Of a stretch of DNA of 53,297 nucleotides, positions 19,135-28,558 are shown piece by piece. Source of the DNA: Candidatus Thalassarchaeaceae archaeon (lineage in GTDB: Archaea > Thermoplasmatota > Poseidoniia > Poseidoniales > Thalassarchaeaceae); NCBI GenBank assembly GCA_030751995.1, contig JASMFB010000003.1:1-53297 (forward strand), given 5' to 3'. The stretch's first letter is position 1; each line of letters starts with the position of its first letter. The translations under genes were made by a program, and so were the position numbers. A model generated the notes under the pieces. It was not told the origin of the DNA. It worked only from the letters and a program-made list of their open reading frames with translations, and ran no database searches.

Positions 19135-20064
19135 ATGGATGAGGAAGATGTGCTGCCCGAGGCGGTAGCCGCGCCCTTGGTGGTCGAATTCACTGAGGAG
19201 GAAATAGAAGGTCCCGTATCTGACCCATTGAGTTCTGCCGAACCCCGTCCTGAAATTGAACTCCCAAGAGGGAGACCGACTCCTGCGAATCGCGGGCGTG
19301 TCGTCACTGTCATGAATCAGAAAGGTGGTGTCGGAAAGACGACCACAGTCATCAATGTCGCAACACATCTCGCTATGCATGGCGTCCGAGTCCTTGTGGT
19401 CGATTGCGACCAACAAGGAAATTGTGCTACGGGCCTTGGAATCGACAAGAGTCGTGTCAAGCATACGACTCGTACTCTATTCACTGACCCAGAACAGGCT
19501 CCTGCCTGTCGACATGCTACCGCAGTCCCCGGCCTTCACCTAATCGTGGGCGAGCGCTCATTGGTTGGACTTGAGCAAGAACTCTCCACCCGACTCGGTC
19601 GTGAGCGTTGTCTATCTGAAGGTCTTGAGTCACTGTTGCCACACTACGATCTCATCCTACTCGACACCGCGCCCAGTCTGGGATTGGTAACCATCAACGC
19701 CCTAGTTGCCAGTGATGGCGTATTAGTCCCTGTACAAACTGAATTCTTCGCATTGGAAGGCGTTGCCATGTTATCTTCGACCATTCGAGAGGTCCGCCGT
19801 CGCCTCAATCCGGAACTTGGTTTTGATGGTGTCATGATGACAATGCATGCTCCAACCTTGTTGAATGGTCAGGTGCAGGGACAGTTGAAGGAAACATTCA
19901 ACGATTTGATTGTTGAACCACCGATTCGTCGTAATATCAAACTCGCTGAAGCTCCAAGTGAAGGCATTCCTATACATATCCACGCACCGGAATCAAAAGG
20001 TGGGAAGGATTATCGCGAACTTGCGGTTAATCTTGCTCAGCGGTGGAATCTCACCTTGGAGTGA
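19135..20064 (+). CDS. parA: ParA/Soj-family ATPase (ParA1) with acidic N-terminal extension
   Basis: Deviant Walker A NQKGGVGKTTT, VVDCDQQGN, ILLDTAPSLG, PVQTEFFALEG, IRRNIKLAEAPS. Confidence 0.95.
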   Translation: MDEEDVLPEAVAAPLVVEFTEEEIEGPVSDPLSSAEPRPEIELPRGRPTPANRGRVVTVMNQKGGVGKTTTVINVATHLAMHGVRVLVVDCDQQGNCATGLGIDKSRVKHTTRTLFTDPEQAPACRHATAVPGLHLIVGERSLVGLEQELSTRLGRERCLSEGLESLLPHYDLILLDTAPSLGLVTINALVASDGVLVPVQTEFFALEGVAMLSSTIREVRRRLNPELGFDGVMMTMHAPTLLNGQVQGQLKETFNDLIVEPPIRRNIKLAEAPSEGIPIHIHAPESKGGKDYRELAVNLAQRWNLTLE

Positions 20065-20069
20065 ATCTA

Positions 20070-20483
20070 ATGACCAAAAAGCGCGTTTTGGGCCGGGGCC
20101 TCGATGATTTGCTGGCCCAACACGATCAGGATTTACCATTCCTAGATGCCTACGGTCCCTCGATTGGCGATTCCGAAGGTTTACCGACAGGTACCGGGGC
20201 GGACCCTGTTGAACAGTTGATGGAAGCCATCACGCGCCTCTTGCAGGCCGAAGGCCACCAAAATTCCGAATTGATTACACGTGAAGCGAAGGAAAATGGC
20301 GTTCAAATTATTGTACAGAGTGGCGGGGAGAAATTACCACTTGTCCCCTCCGATTTGGGTGCACCTGGATTTGAAGAAGGGATTTTGGCCACAGATAGAA
20401 GCGAAGCCTCTGTCACCATTGTCCAGTGGGGTATCCCAGCTCGTCGCCTACTCGAACGTCTTTGTGAACATTGGTCTGGGTGA
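20070..20483 (+). CDS. Small ParA partner with ParB-type N-terminal peptide and no ParB CTPase domain
   Basis: Begins MTKKRVLGRGLDDLL; SD GGAGTGA overlaps the parA stop; 137 aa; no GxxR box seen. Confidence 0.8.
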   Translation: MTKKRVLGRGLDDLLAQHDQDLPFLDAYGPSIGDSEGLPTGTGADPVEQLMEAITRLLQAEGHQNSELITREAKENGVQIIVQSGGEKLPLVPSDLGAPGFEEGILATDRSEASVTIVQWGIPARRLLERLCEHWSG

Positions 20484-20487
20484 TTAT

Positions 20488-21387
20488 TTGAGCATCCGTA
20501 GTGCGCTGGTGTCTACCTTCGTTCTTCGACCGAACAAGACCATCTACCGGTTGTTACGTCCATCTCCACTCTTGGCTCGTTTTTTTGTTCATCCACAAAC
20601 ATGGTTTGCGGGGAAGTTGTTCAGTCCGTTCGGAGTCCGCACAGAGAATACTCATTTTGGAGATGTACCGAGTGTTACCTTCACTCCGAAGAAGAACGTA
20701 CGATCAAACACCATCTTCGTGTTTCTACATGGTGGAGGCTACTGCATTGGTTCATCACGCACAACACATCGAATTGGGTTGGCAAATCTAGCCAAGACGA
20801 CCTCCTGTGTCTGTCATTCCATCGACTATCGCTTGGCCCCCGCGGACCCATATCCTGCTGCCTTGGAGGATGCAGCGAAAGCGTGGCAGGAAATCGTTGC
20901 TGAAAATCCAGATTCACAAATAATCCTCAGTGGAGATTCCGCAGGTGGTGGCCTCAGTCTTGCGTTAATGATGCATCTACGCGATGAAGGGTCACGGCTA
21001 CCTGATGCAGCCGTTTTATTCTCACCTTGGACTGACCTAACATGTAGTTCACCGACATACAAGACGTTGGCAAAAGCGGATCCAATGCTGGCTCGTGTCA
21101 TTCCCGATGATTGTGCTGGCCATTACGTCCCTGAATCTGTTAATCGTAAAGACCCATACATCTCTCCAATGTTTGGTGATTTCACCGGCCTGCCAAGAAC
21201 GCTCATTCTCGTCGGCGACCGAGAAGTCCTTCTGGATGATAGCCGAAAGGTTGGAGAGAAAGCCAAGAACGCTGGTGTAGACATAGAAGTCGACATCTGG
21301 CCGGGGATGTTTCACGATTGGTGGTTGTTCGGCCAATCCGTCCCTGAATCCAAGCAATGCCTTCGTAAGGTTGCTGAGTGGATTTAG
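20488..21387 (+). CDS. Alpha/beta hydrolase, HSL family esterase/lipase
   Basis: FLHGGGY, DYRLAP, GDSAGG, GMFH; TTG start at 20488 after GGTGA. Confidence 0.93.
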   Translation: MSIRSALVSTFVLRPNKTIYRLLRPSPLLARFFVHPQTWFAGKLFSPFGVRTENTHFGDVPSVTFTPKKNVRSNTIFVFLHGGGYCIGSSRTTHRIGLANLAKTTSCVCHSIDYRLAPADPYPAALEDAAKAWQEIVAENPDSQIILSGDSAGGGLSLALMMHLRDEGSRLPDAAVLFSPWTDLTCSSPTYKTLAKADPMLARVIPDDCAGHYVPESVNRKDPYISPMFGDFTGLPRTLILVGDREVLLDDSRKVGEKAKNAGVDIEVDIWPGMFHDWWLFGQSVPESKQCLRKVAEWI

Positions 21388-22715
21388 TTTCTAGCAAGTG
21401 AACCCATTGGGTCCCATGGCGACAGAACATGAGGCTCCTTCGATAACGCTGCACGCATCTCATCGGTGAGATACGAAGATGGCGCTGCAATCTCGAACAT
21501 GTACTCATCAAACCAACTATCGTTCATGGTGTAGAAGCCCTTGATACCACTCTTCTTGTCCCCCCAGGAATTCTCAACACGCCATCGACGAGCATCACCA
21601 TCGACAACATCCACACCTGTGAACAGCATTGCATGAGTCATCATGGTCTGATGATATCGTAAGCGATCTGCCTTCTCTAGACCAAATTCCATCCCATACA
21701 TTTCCTTGAATGAGAACAATTCTGCATCCCATAACCCTCTTTGTCGATGCATCTGTTTGCCGACATCACAACCCATCCATACAGGCAATCCATCTTCCAA
21801 CAGTCGCTTAGTGATGTCTTTCATGTCATCCATGCCAATATTGAGGTAGACGACGGGCGGCCCTCCTGCGACATTCTGTAGGAAATCTACGGTGTAGGTT
21901 TCCAATGTCTGATTCCGTGGATCATGAACGAGACAAACATAGTCCTCATAATCAATGGTGACGAATTTCTGAGCAAATTCCTGAGGCGTCATTTCTCCTT
22001 CTCGATGGAACTTGTCATTCTTGTCCCTCCATTGCCAATCAAAGGTCTCAGGTGGAGTCCCAAGGTGGATGCAGAGTACCCGCCAGACATCTGCCAACCG
22101 ACCATCCTTATGACTATCAATTTCTGCATTGGAGGCTCCACTGTCAGTCATATTGCGCAGTTCCATGGCCGATGTTCGAAGCATATGGTTGAGGGCGGCA
22201 TTCATACGACGTGTTGCCGAGGAGGAGTACGATTCAGGGTAGGCCGCCTTGGGGACAAGTCCATGCTTTCGGACGAGATTGACCGCCATGTTCCACTGCC
22301 CCCCATCATCCAATGGGTGGTCGAGAAGGAAGGCGACCGTTCGATCATCTAGCGGCCGGTCTGCGGTTTGCACAATGGCATGCAGAAAGTGGTTCGCCCG
22401 TTCGAATTTGTCCCAAAAATGGATGTGGGCCTGACTGAATTCGAATTCTTTCAACCCCATTTCCTTCATTGCGCCGACCCGGAAAAGATTGAGCATGGCG
22501 AATAGCCAACATCGTCCACTGCTCTTTTGATTTGTCACTTTCCAGTCATCGAGTTTGATTGAGAATGTAAAATCGGTATTGGCGACAATCTCTCGATTCA
22601 ATGCAATGTCCAATACATCACTGGCCGTTACTGCGTTCTGTACGACTTTCGCATTGGGGTCCGCATCAAATGCAGCTCGAAACCGGGCAATCTGTTCTGG
22701 TGTGACGACGGACAT
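21384..22715 (-). CDS. pepC: Aminopeptidase C / bleomycin hydrolase (C1B cysteine peptidase)
   Basis: NQKSSGRCWLF (Gln, Cys), MTHAM (His), VENSWG (Asn), C-terminal PWDPMGSLA. Confidence 0.95.
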   Translation of the reverse strand: MSVVTPEQIARFRAAFDADPNAKVVQNAVTASDVLDIALNREIVANTDFTFSIKLDDWKVTNQKSSGRCWLFAMLNLFRVGAMKEMGLKEFEFSQAHIHFWDKFERANHFLHAIVQTADRPLDDRTVAFLLDHPLDDGGQWNMAVNLVRKHGLVPKAAYPESYSSSATRRMNAALNHMLRTSAMELRNMTDSGASNAEIDSHKDGRLADVWRVLCIHLGTPPETFDWQWRDKNDKFHREGEMTPQEFAQKFVTIDYEDYVCLVHDPRNQTLETYTVDFLQNVAGGPPVVYLNIGMDDMKDITKRLLEDGLPVWMGCDVGKQMHRQRGLWDAELFSFKEMYGMEFGLEKADRLRYHQTMMTHAMLFTGVDVVDGDARRWRVENSWGDKKSGIKGFYTMNDSWFDEYMFEIAAPSSYLTDEMRAALSKEPHVLSPWDPMGSLARN

Positions 22716-22755
22716 TGGCTCACCTATGGTGAGCCGTCCCCTTCACCGGCGACGC

Positions 22756-23322
22756 TTAGTCATCACGCTTGGCCAACAGGGCAGCGGATAGCCCCACTAC
22801 TATGGTGGCAATTAACGCGGGTGCAGGCAATGGTTCATACCCACTATCCATAATTACTGGACAATTGTTTCCACCACTGTCCTCTCCAGATACCCAACAA
22901 TCGGACCAAATTTTGCCACCCTCGGCAAATCCGCCTTCAGGGAATTTCTCATCTTCGCCGTCAGAATAAGTCAGAACGATGTCATAATTGATGTAAGAAT
23001 GCGTTTCAACGGGCGTGATGGTACTCGTCCAATCCGCACCAGATCCATTCATGGCAATTTTCTCTGGTGGATTACAGACACCGCTGTTGATGCATTGCTG
23101 CACAGTCCACTCTACAGTGGTTCCATTTTCAGCAGCCTGACTAGAGAGAACTAGATTGATGGTGAATTCAACCCCGTCAGTAGATACCTCTGGCACTACA
23201 ATAGAATCGATGGGCGTTCCCGCGACGTCAATCGTGCGATTGATTCCCGAATCTCCCCCCGCCATAGCGTAGGGCAGACAGAGGGAAAGTGCCAGAGCCA
23301 GAACGAACAGCCGGCGCATCAT
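22756..23322 (-). CDS. Exported protein with C-terminal sorting-signal-like anchor
   Basis: Signal peptide MMRRLFVLALALSLCLPYAMA; C-terminus LPAP + hydrophobic helix + KRDD. Confidence 0.75.
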   Translation of the reverse strand: MMRRLFVLALALSLCLPYAMAGGDSGINRTIDVAGTPIDSIVVPEVSTDGVEFTINLVLSSQAAENGTTVEWTVQQCINSGVCNPPEKIAMNGSGADWTSTITPVETHSYINYDIVLTYSDGEDEKFPEGGFAEGGKIWSDCWVSGEDSGGNNCPVIMDSGYEPLPAPALIATIVVGLSAALLAKRDD

Positions 23323-23474
23323 GCGATGCCGTTGACGCCATTCATTGAATAATGCTGTTGTGCCACGATTCATTCTGCACCTGTCGTGGCACATAGTTAC
23401 CTCCACAATTATGGGCATTTTCGGAAATCAGTTAGGGTACTCCCTCAATTAGTATGAGCGTGCGCGCGGGTAAC

Positions 23475-23666
23475 ATGGCACAAGGTACTGTCAAGTGGTT
23501 CAATCAGTCGAAAGGCTTCGGGTTCATCGAACGCGAAGGTGAAGGAGACCTGTTTGTCCACATCACGAATGTAGAAGGAAGAATAGAAGACGGAGACTCC
23601 GTAGAATTTGAGGTAGGCGAAGGTCCAAAGGGACCCAATGCCATTAATGTACGCAAGGTCGAGTGA
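23475..23666 (+). CDS. cspA: Cold-shock domain protein
   Basis: GTVKWFN, KGFGFI (RNP1), LFVH (RNP2), [10 protein letters not shown]. Confidence 0.96.
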   Translation: MAQGTVKWFNQSKGFGFIEREGEGDLFVHITNVEGRIEDGDSVEFEVGEGPKGPNAINVRKVE

Positions 23667-24179
23667 TTATAATTCGAGCTCCCAGAGCTCGTCACCGATG
23701 TGGTGCAACATCTTCACCGCTTTGCCCTTGGTCGCTTCGACCATATCTTCTGAGTCCATCATAGCCCAGCCTATGGCCAGCGGTTTGCCGTGAGTTTGAT
23801 CACGAATCCAGATGAGGTCGCCTGTTTGAATGCAGCCACAAGCGCTGTGAATCCCAGCAGCCATGCAATCGGCCCCATTCATCAAGAAAGGAATCGCTCC
23901 GTGATCGACCTCACACCATTTCAATGTGGGATTCCAGGCAAGAATACCTCGCAGCGTTGGAAAAGCGATGGTTTCGCCTCCCTCGTCCCCAACCTCCATC
24001 CCCAGGGGTGATTTGTTGACGATTAACAAATTCCAAGGACCAAATGTCGCGGTTTCCAGAAAGGCCGAGGAAAGGTCGGTTTCGATGCCAAGTGGTTCCG
24101 TGAGTCGCTGGATGAGCCCCTTGATCTTCTTGTGACGCACCGGCTTGCGGGCCTTGAGTTTCCAATCTTTCTTGGCCAC
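23667..24179 (-). CDS. PUA-domain RNA-binding protein (DUF1947/Tma20-MCT1-like)
   Basis: FPTL, VDHGAIPFLMNGADCMAAGI, KGKAVKMLHHIGDELW; GTG start. Confidence 0.88.
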   Translation of the reverse strand: MAKKDWKLKARKPVRHKKIKGLIQRLTEPLGIETDLSSAFLETATFGPWNLLIVNKSPLGMEVGDEGGETIAFPTLRGILAWNPTLKWCEVDHGAIPFLMNGADCMAAGIHSACGCIQTGDLIWIRDQTHGKPLAIGWAMMDSEDMVEATKGKAVKMLHHIGDELWELEL

Positions 24180-24265
24180 GATTCAAACGGGTGATGGGCG
24201 CTCCTTGAATCCTCGCTTTCATGCAATATGGAGGGTTCATAAGGGACGAGAACATATCTTGGTCC

Positions 24266-24976
24266 ATGTGTGATTTATTCGCAATGAGCTGCAACGACGA
24301 AGACCGAGCAACACAAAGCCTTCCACGCTTTGCTCGATATGCAACGAGAAACCCACACGGTTGGGGTCTAGGTTGGTATGAAAACGGACAAGCCCGAATT
24401 GAGCGTGAGCCCTGTCGAGCCGATTTTTCTGATAGATTCTACGATTCAATCGAAGAAGCACGCTCTACAAACATGATCGCGCATGTCCGCTATGCTACAC
24501 ACGGAGAGCATACGACTTGCAATTGCCATCCTTTCACGCGCCATTACCGTGGACGAGATTGGATTTTTGCCCATAATGGATGGGTGGACGGGGTCCCTGA
24601 CCACCCACTTTCAGAAGGAGACACAGATTCTGAGCAAATTTTCAATCATATCATGGATGAGATTGAACGTTATCAGAGTAGAGGGGAAATTCGAGGCACA
24701 TATCCTGCCCTAAAGCATGCAATCGGAACCGTGTTTGAACGCTATGGCGATGACATCAATCTGAATTTGCTTATCACAGATGGCAACATGCTCTATGTCT
24801 ATCACCACTATCCGGGTAAGCCGATTTATCTGGTGCGCCGTTCAAAGGAATACGGCGATGCTGCACTAGTGTCTACCAGAGAGTTGTCAGGAGAGAATTG
24901 GATTGAACTCGAACCTGATCGTTTATTGGTCTTAGATCGGGGCGAAGTATTCGTGTATTCGACCCCGCTCATTTGA
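24266..24976 (+). CDS. Class II (Ntn) glutamine amidotransferase, YafJ/EgtC-like
   Basis: N-terminal MC, NPHGWG, IAHVRYAT, NCHPF, FAHNG, TDSE. Confidence 0.92.
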   Translation: MCDLFAMSCNDEDRATQSLPRFARYATRNPHGWGLGWYENGQARIEREPCRADFSDRFYDSIEEARSTNMIAHVRYATHGEHTTCNCHPFTRHYRGRDWIFAHNGWVDGVPDHPLSEGDTDSEQIFNHIMDEIERYQSRGEIRGTYPALKHAIGTVFERYGDDINLNLLITDGNMLYVYHHYPGKPIYLVRRSKEYGDAALVSTRELSGENWIELEPDRLLVLDRGEVFVYSTPLI

Positions 24977-25001
24977 TGCTTGGACCTCACCTCGGCTTGC
25001 C

Positions 25002-25601
25002 ATGCCGAGCATCTGGTGCGCGCTTCGAACCTTCGCTGCACATGCCATAGAAATGGGCGGTGAACCCCTCACCAACCCTCGCTTCTTCCTCAAGCCGTGG
25101 GCTGCGCTCGCACAACCCCCGATGGGTTGTGAAATGGAGTTACCTATCCATCTGAATGAGGTCCATCACGAAGTTGAACTGGTTCTCAAATTGGGCGAGG
25201 ATGCGACACTTACTGAAATTGCAGTGGGCCTTGATTTGACAGATCGTTTCACGCAGGACGAGGCCAAGGATGCGGGGATGCCCTGGACGCAATCGAAAGG
25301 ATTTGCGAACAGCGCCATCGTGGGAAATTTCGTCGAACCACCCGTTGGCCTCGACCATCTTCGATTGGAACTCGCGATTAATGGTGAACCACGCCAAGAA
25401 GCATCGATTGGCGAGATGTCGTTCACTCCACTCAATCTTCTAGCCAATCTTTCCCAATGGGCCCCGCTTGAAGAAGGAGATTTGCTGTTCTGTGGCACTC
25501 CATCTGGAATAGGCCCGGTGGCCAGAGGTGACCACGTTCAAGCACGGATGCTACGTGAAGATGGTACCGTACTTTCAGAACTGGACCTAATGTTGGTCTG
25601 A
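25002..25601 (+). CDS. Fumarylacetoacetate hydrolase family protein
   Basis: FFLKP, HHEVEL, GLDLTDR, SKGF, GDLLFCGTPSGIG. Confidence 0.92.
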   Translation: MPSIWCALRTFAAHAIEMGGEPLTNPRFFLKPWAALAQPPMGCEMELPIHLNEVHHEVELVLKLGEDATLTEIAVGLDLTDRFTQDEAKDAGMPWTQSKGFANSAIVGNFVEPPVGLDHLRLELAINGEPRQEASIGEMSFTPLNLLANLSQWAPLEEGDLLFCGTPSGIGPVARGDHVQARMLREDGTVLSELDLMLV

Positions 25602-25602
25602 T

Positions 25603-26010
25603 TCAAGGTGGCACGGATTCGTGCATGTTTAGTACAGCACGAGCCTTGTCAATATCATCCACTGAGAAAGCGAGTTCAGTCGCTCCTTGGATTCTTGACA
25701 ATACGTAAATCGAAGTGATACTAACTCCGGCTTCAGCCAATCGTTCTGAGAATTCAGCCAAAGCACCGGGTTTGTCAGGCATTGATTGAGACAATAGTGC
25801 GGTTGTTGTGTATTGAATGCCCAATGAATTCAATGCCATACGTGCCTCTACGACTTGGTCGGTGACAATTACAACGTTTGTATCAATGGCACACATTGTT
25901 TCAATATTGATGTCGTGATTCGAAAATTCACGGCTCACTCTGGCCAGTTGTCCTGCTTCATCAGGCAATTCTATTTTGAATTCCAGACGTCCTTCACTCA
26001 TGGTCATCAC
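25603..26010 (-). CDS. Tandem ACT-domain protein
   Basis: LPDEAGQLA...DINI and MPDKPGALA...GVSI ACT signatures. Confidence 0.88.
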   Translation of the reverse strand: MMTMSEGRLEFKIELPDEAGQLARVSREFSNHDINIETMCAIDTNVVIVTDQVVEARMALNSLGIQYTTTALLSQSMPDKPGALAEFSERLAEAGVSITSIYVLSRIQGATELAFSVDDIDKARAVLNMHESVPP

Positions 26011-26074
26011 CAGTTTGGCGGGGTCATGTTTTGGCTATTTACCCACCGGATAACAAAAAATCGCCAATCGCGCT

Positions 26075-26100
26075 CTTGAAATAAGGGAAGCAGGTCGCCC
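26075..26100 (+). promoter_or_regulatory. Putative promoter CTTGAAATA-N8-AGGTCGCCC
   Basis: Same architecture as upstream of secG and tuf. Confidence 0.55.
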
Positions 26101-26120
26101 GCTTCCCAGAGGGAAGCAGT

Positions 26121-26510
26121 ATGGCACAATGGCACGGTATCTCACGACGCAAGCCATCCGGTGGTCGTCTCAAGCGACCGAGCAGTTATCGCGGAAAGCG
26201 TCGCACTGAAATTTCATCTGAGAAGCAGTACACCAGAATTGGTGATACTAGTCGCAAGGTGTACCGAAAGCGCTCCGGTTCACAGAGCGTCCGTGTTCTA
26301 TTCGACACCGTCATCAATGTCGCTGACAAGAAGACCGGCAAGGTCATCCAAGCGATTCTTCAATCCGTCTCAGAGAATGCAGCGGATCACAACTTCGTTC
26401 GCCAAAACATCATGACCAAGGGCGCCGTAGTTGAGACCGACAAAGGCCCAGTAAGAATCACCAGTCGACCTGGCAGTCACGGCGTCATCAATGGCGTTCT
26501 GCTAAAGTGA
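26121..26510 (+). CDS. rps8e: 30S ribosomal protein S8e
   Basis: SRRKPSGGR, RQNIMTKGAVV, ITSRPGSHGVINGV. Confidence 0.97.
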   Translation: MAQWHGISRRKPSGGRLKRPSSYRGKRRTEISSEKQYTRIGDTSRKVYRKRSGSQSVRVLFDTVINVADKKTGKVIQAILQSVSENAADHNFVRQNIMTKGAVVETDKGPVRITSRPGSHGVINGVLLK

Positions 26511-26554
26511 AGGTTCACAACAGAGGACATGTTCCCAGTCTCGGAGGACCCGGG

Positions 26555-27001
26555 ATGGCCAACAATCCAGAACGCATCGTCGTTTGGCCTGGTTACTTCG
26601 ATTCAAAGACCAGCCGTCGCGCAGGTCGTCGTGTCTCTAAGGGCCGTGCAGTAACCAATCCTACTCTCGATGGCTTGGCTTATGCAGCGCGCAGTGCGGG
26701 CATTCGCAAGATGAAGAAAGAAGAGAACACCAGCCACCCCTCTCGTCCGAATGAACAGGAGGGCCGCCTATGGATCTCGATTGCAGATGCGCTCTCTGCC
26801 ACCGGAGCAAATTCCAAAGAAGGCGTTCTTCAAGCAATTGGCACAGCATGGAATAGTCAACAATCCGAGATTAAGGCCTCAGAGAAGGCGGCCAAGGTCA
26901 GTGGGCCCAAGACGGGAGACAAGCGCGGACGTAGCCAACGAAAGTCGTTCAAGGGCTCAAAAGGAACCAAACCGAGCGAACGTCGCAAGCGGCGAAAATG
27001 A
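26555..27001 (+). CDS. srp19: Signal recognition particle 19 kDa protein with basic C-terminal extension
   Basis: IVVWPGYFDSKTSRRAGRRVSK..AVTNPTL, HP; follows rps8e as in many archaea. Confidence 0.9.
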   Translation: MANNPERIVVWPGYFDSKTSRRAGRRVSKGRAVTNPTLDGLAYAARSAGIRKMKKEENTSHPSRPNEQEGRLWISIADALSATGANSKEGVLQAIGTAWNSQQSEIKASEKAAKVSGPKTGDKRGRSQRKSFKGSKGTKPSERRKRRK

Positions 27002-27013
27002 GAGTGGGATTGA

Positions 27014-27373
27014 ATGACGAAAATCAATCTCAAAGAGAAACTCTCTCTGTTTTCAGACCACTGGTCTCCCAAGGTCATCGCTGAGATGAATGACTATCAG
27101 TTCAAATTGGTCAAAATCCAAGGCGATTTTGTCTGGCATCATCACGACGACACCGATGAAGTGTTCATTGTGATTGAAGGCACTATGAAGATAGAGTTTG
27201 AAAACGAGACTGTTGAACTGAATGAAGGCGACATGTATGTTGTTCCCAAGGGTGTTGAGCACAAACCCTACGCTGAAGAGGAATGCATGGTCATGCTTGT
27301 CGAACCTCGTGGTGTTGTGAATACAGGCAACACAGAAGGCGACCTCACGGCCTACAATGACGTCTGGATCTAG
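27014..27373 (+). CDS. Cupin-domain protein
   Basis: FVWHHHDDTDEVF and VPKGVEHKP cupin motifs. Confidence 0.92.
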   Translation: MTKINLKEKLSLFSDHWSPKVIAEMNDYQFKLVKIQGDFVWHHHDDTDEVFIVIEGTMKIEFENETVELNEGDMYVVPKGVEHKPYAEEECMVMLVEPRGVVNTGNTEGDLTAYNDVWI

Positions 27374-27378
27374 ATGGA

Positions 27379-28416
27379 TTATTCGACTTCAATCTCTGGC
27401 ATGGGAACCGCCCTAATCCAACCGAAGACATCTGCTTCAACCTGTGTCTGAATCCCAGTCAAGGCGTCGTACAACTCACCTGTTACCGGCCCAACCTCGT
27501 TGTTGTGGTACATAGTGCAGATATCTCCCTGACAAATGGATCCAATCGGGCTAATCACCGCAGCAGTACCTGCGCAGAAGCACTCATCCGCCTGTAGGAC
27601 GAATTCGATTTCGACCTTCTCTTCACGGACTTCGTAACCCTTGTGTCTAGCCAATTCAATGATCGATGCCCGAGTGATTCCGGGCAAGATAGTACCTGTC
27701 AATTCGGGCGTGTATACGATTCCATCCTTGACACAGAAGAAATTGGCCGCCCCCACTTCCTCGATGTAGCGATGCTCAACCGCATCCAGATAGATGATTT
27801 CAGCAAAACCCTCCTTCTTGGCACCCTTTGAAGGCATCATTCCGGGGGCGTAATTTCCAATCGCCTTGACTCCACCTGAGCCACCTGGGCAAGCGCGATG
27901 ATACTCATCGCTCACCTTCAGAGAAATTGGATGCATTCCTCCCTTGAAGTAAGGACCCACCGGGCAGACGTAGACCATGAAAGTGTACTCGGGCGCAGGA
28001 GAAACACCGAGAATCGCCCCAGTTCCCCACAGGACTGGTCGTACGTAGAGAGCGCCCTTGCCTGTCGGGGGTACCCAGCGCGCATTTGCTGCCACGACTT
28101 TCTCAACCGCATCCAAGAACATCTCTTCAGGAATTGGTGGCATACCCAGACGCTTTGCCCCGGTGATGAGGCGAGCAGCGTTTCGCTCGGGCCTGAATAG
28201 AACAATTCCACCATTTACACTTCGTTGCGCTTTCATGCCCTCGAACAGGCCTTGACCGTAGTTCAGCACGCCAGCTGCCGGTGAGATCGTGATATCGCCA
28301 TAAGGCATCATATCACCTATTTCCCATTCCTCTCCAAGTTTGCACTTAGCCACATACATGGTATCGGTGGGCGTGAAGGAGAACGTCAGTGCATCCCAAT
28401 CAATCTGCTCCTCCAT
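27379..28416 (-). CDS. ilvE: Branched-chain amino acid aminotransferase
   Basis: YGQGLFEGMKA, LYVRP, GVKAIGNY (PLP Lys), EEVGAAN, ILPGITR, GTAAVISPI. Confidence 0.95.
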   Translation of the reverse strand: MEEQIDWDALTFSFTPTDTMYVAKCKLGEEWEIGDMMPYGDITISPAAGVLNYGQGLFEGMKAQRSVNGGIVLFRPERNAARLITGAKRLGMPPIPEEMFLDAVEKVVAANARWVPPTGKGALYVRPVLWGTGAILGVSPAPEYTFMVYVCPVGPYFKGGMHPISLKVSDEYHRACPGGSGGVKAIGNYAPGMMPSKGAKKEGFAEIIYLDAVEHRYIEEVGAANFFCVKDGIVYTPELTGTILPGITRASIIELARHKGYEVREEKVEIEFVLQADECFCAGTAAVISPIGSICQGDICTMYHNNEVGPVTGELYDALTGIQTQVEADVFGWIRAVPMPEIEVE

Positions 28417-28558
28417 CGAAATTTCCTCCTGCTTCCCCGTATCTGGTTGAACCCTCAACGCAAGGGGTGGTTCTCAACCATTCCGCCTGCAATTTCTCTG
28501 ACAAAAATGCGCGGGCTACACCCATAGAATTCAAAGACACCCACTGCAAACACGGTTC

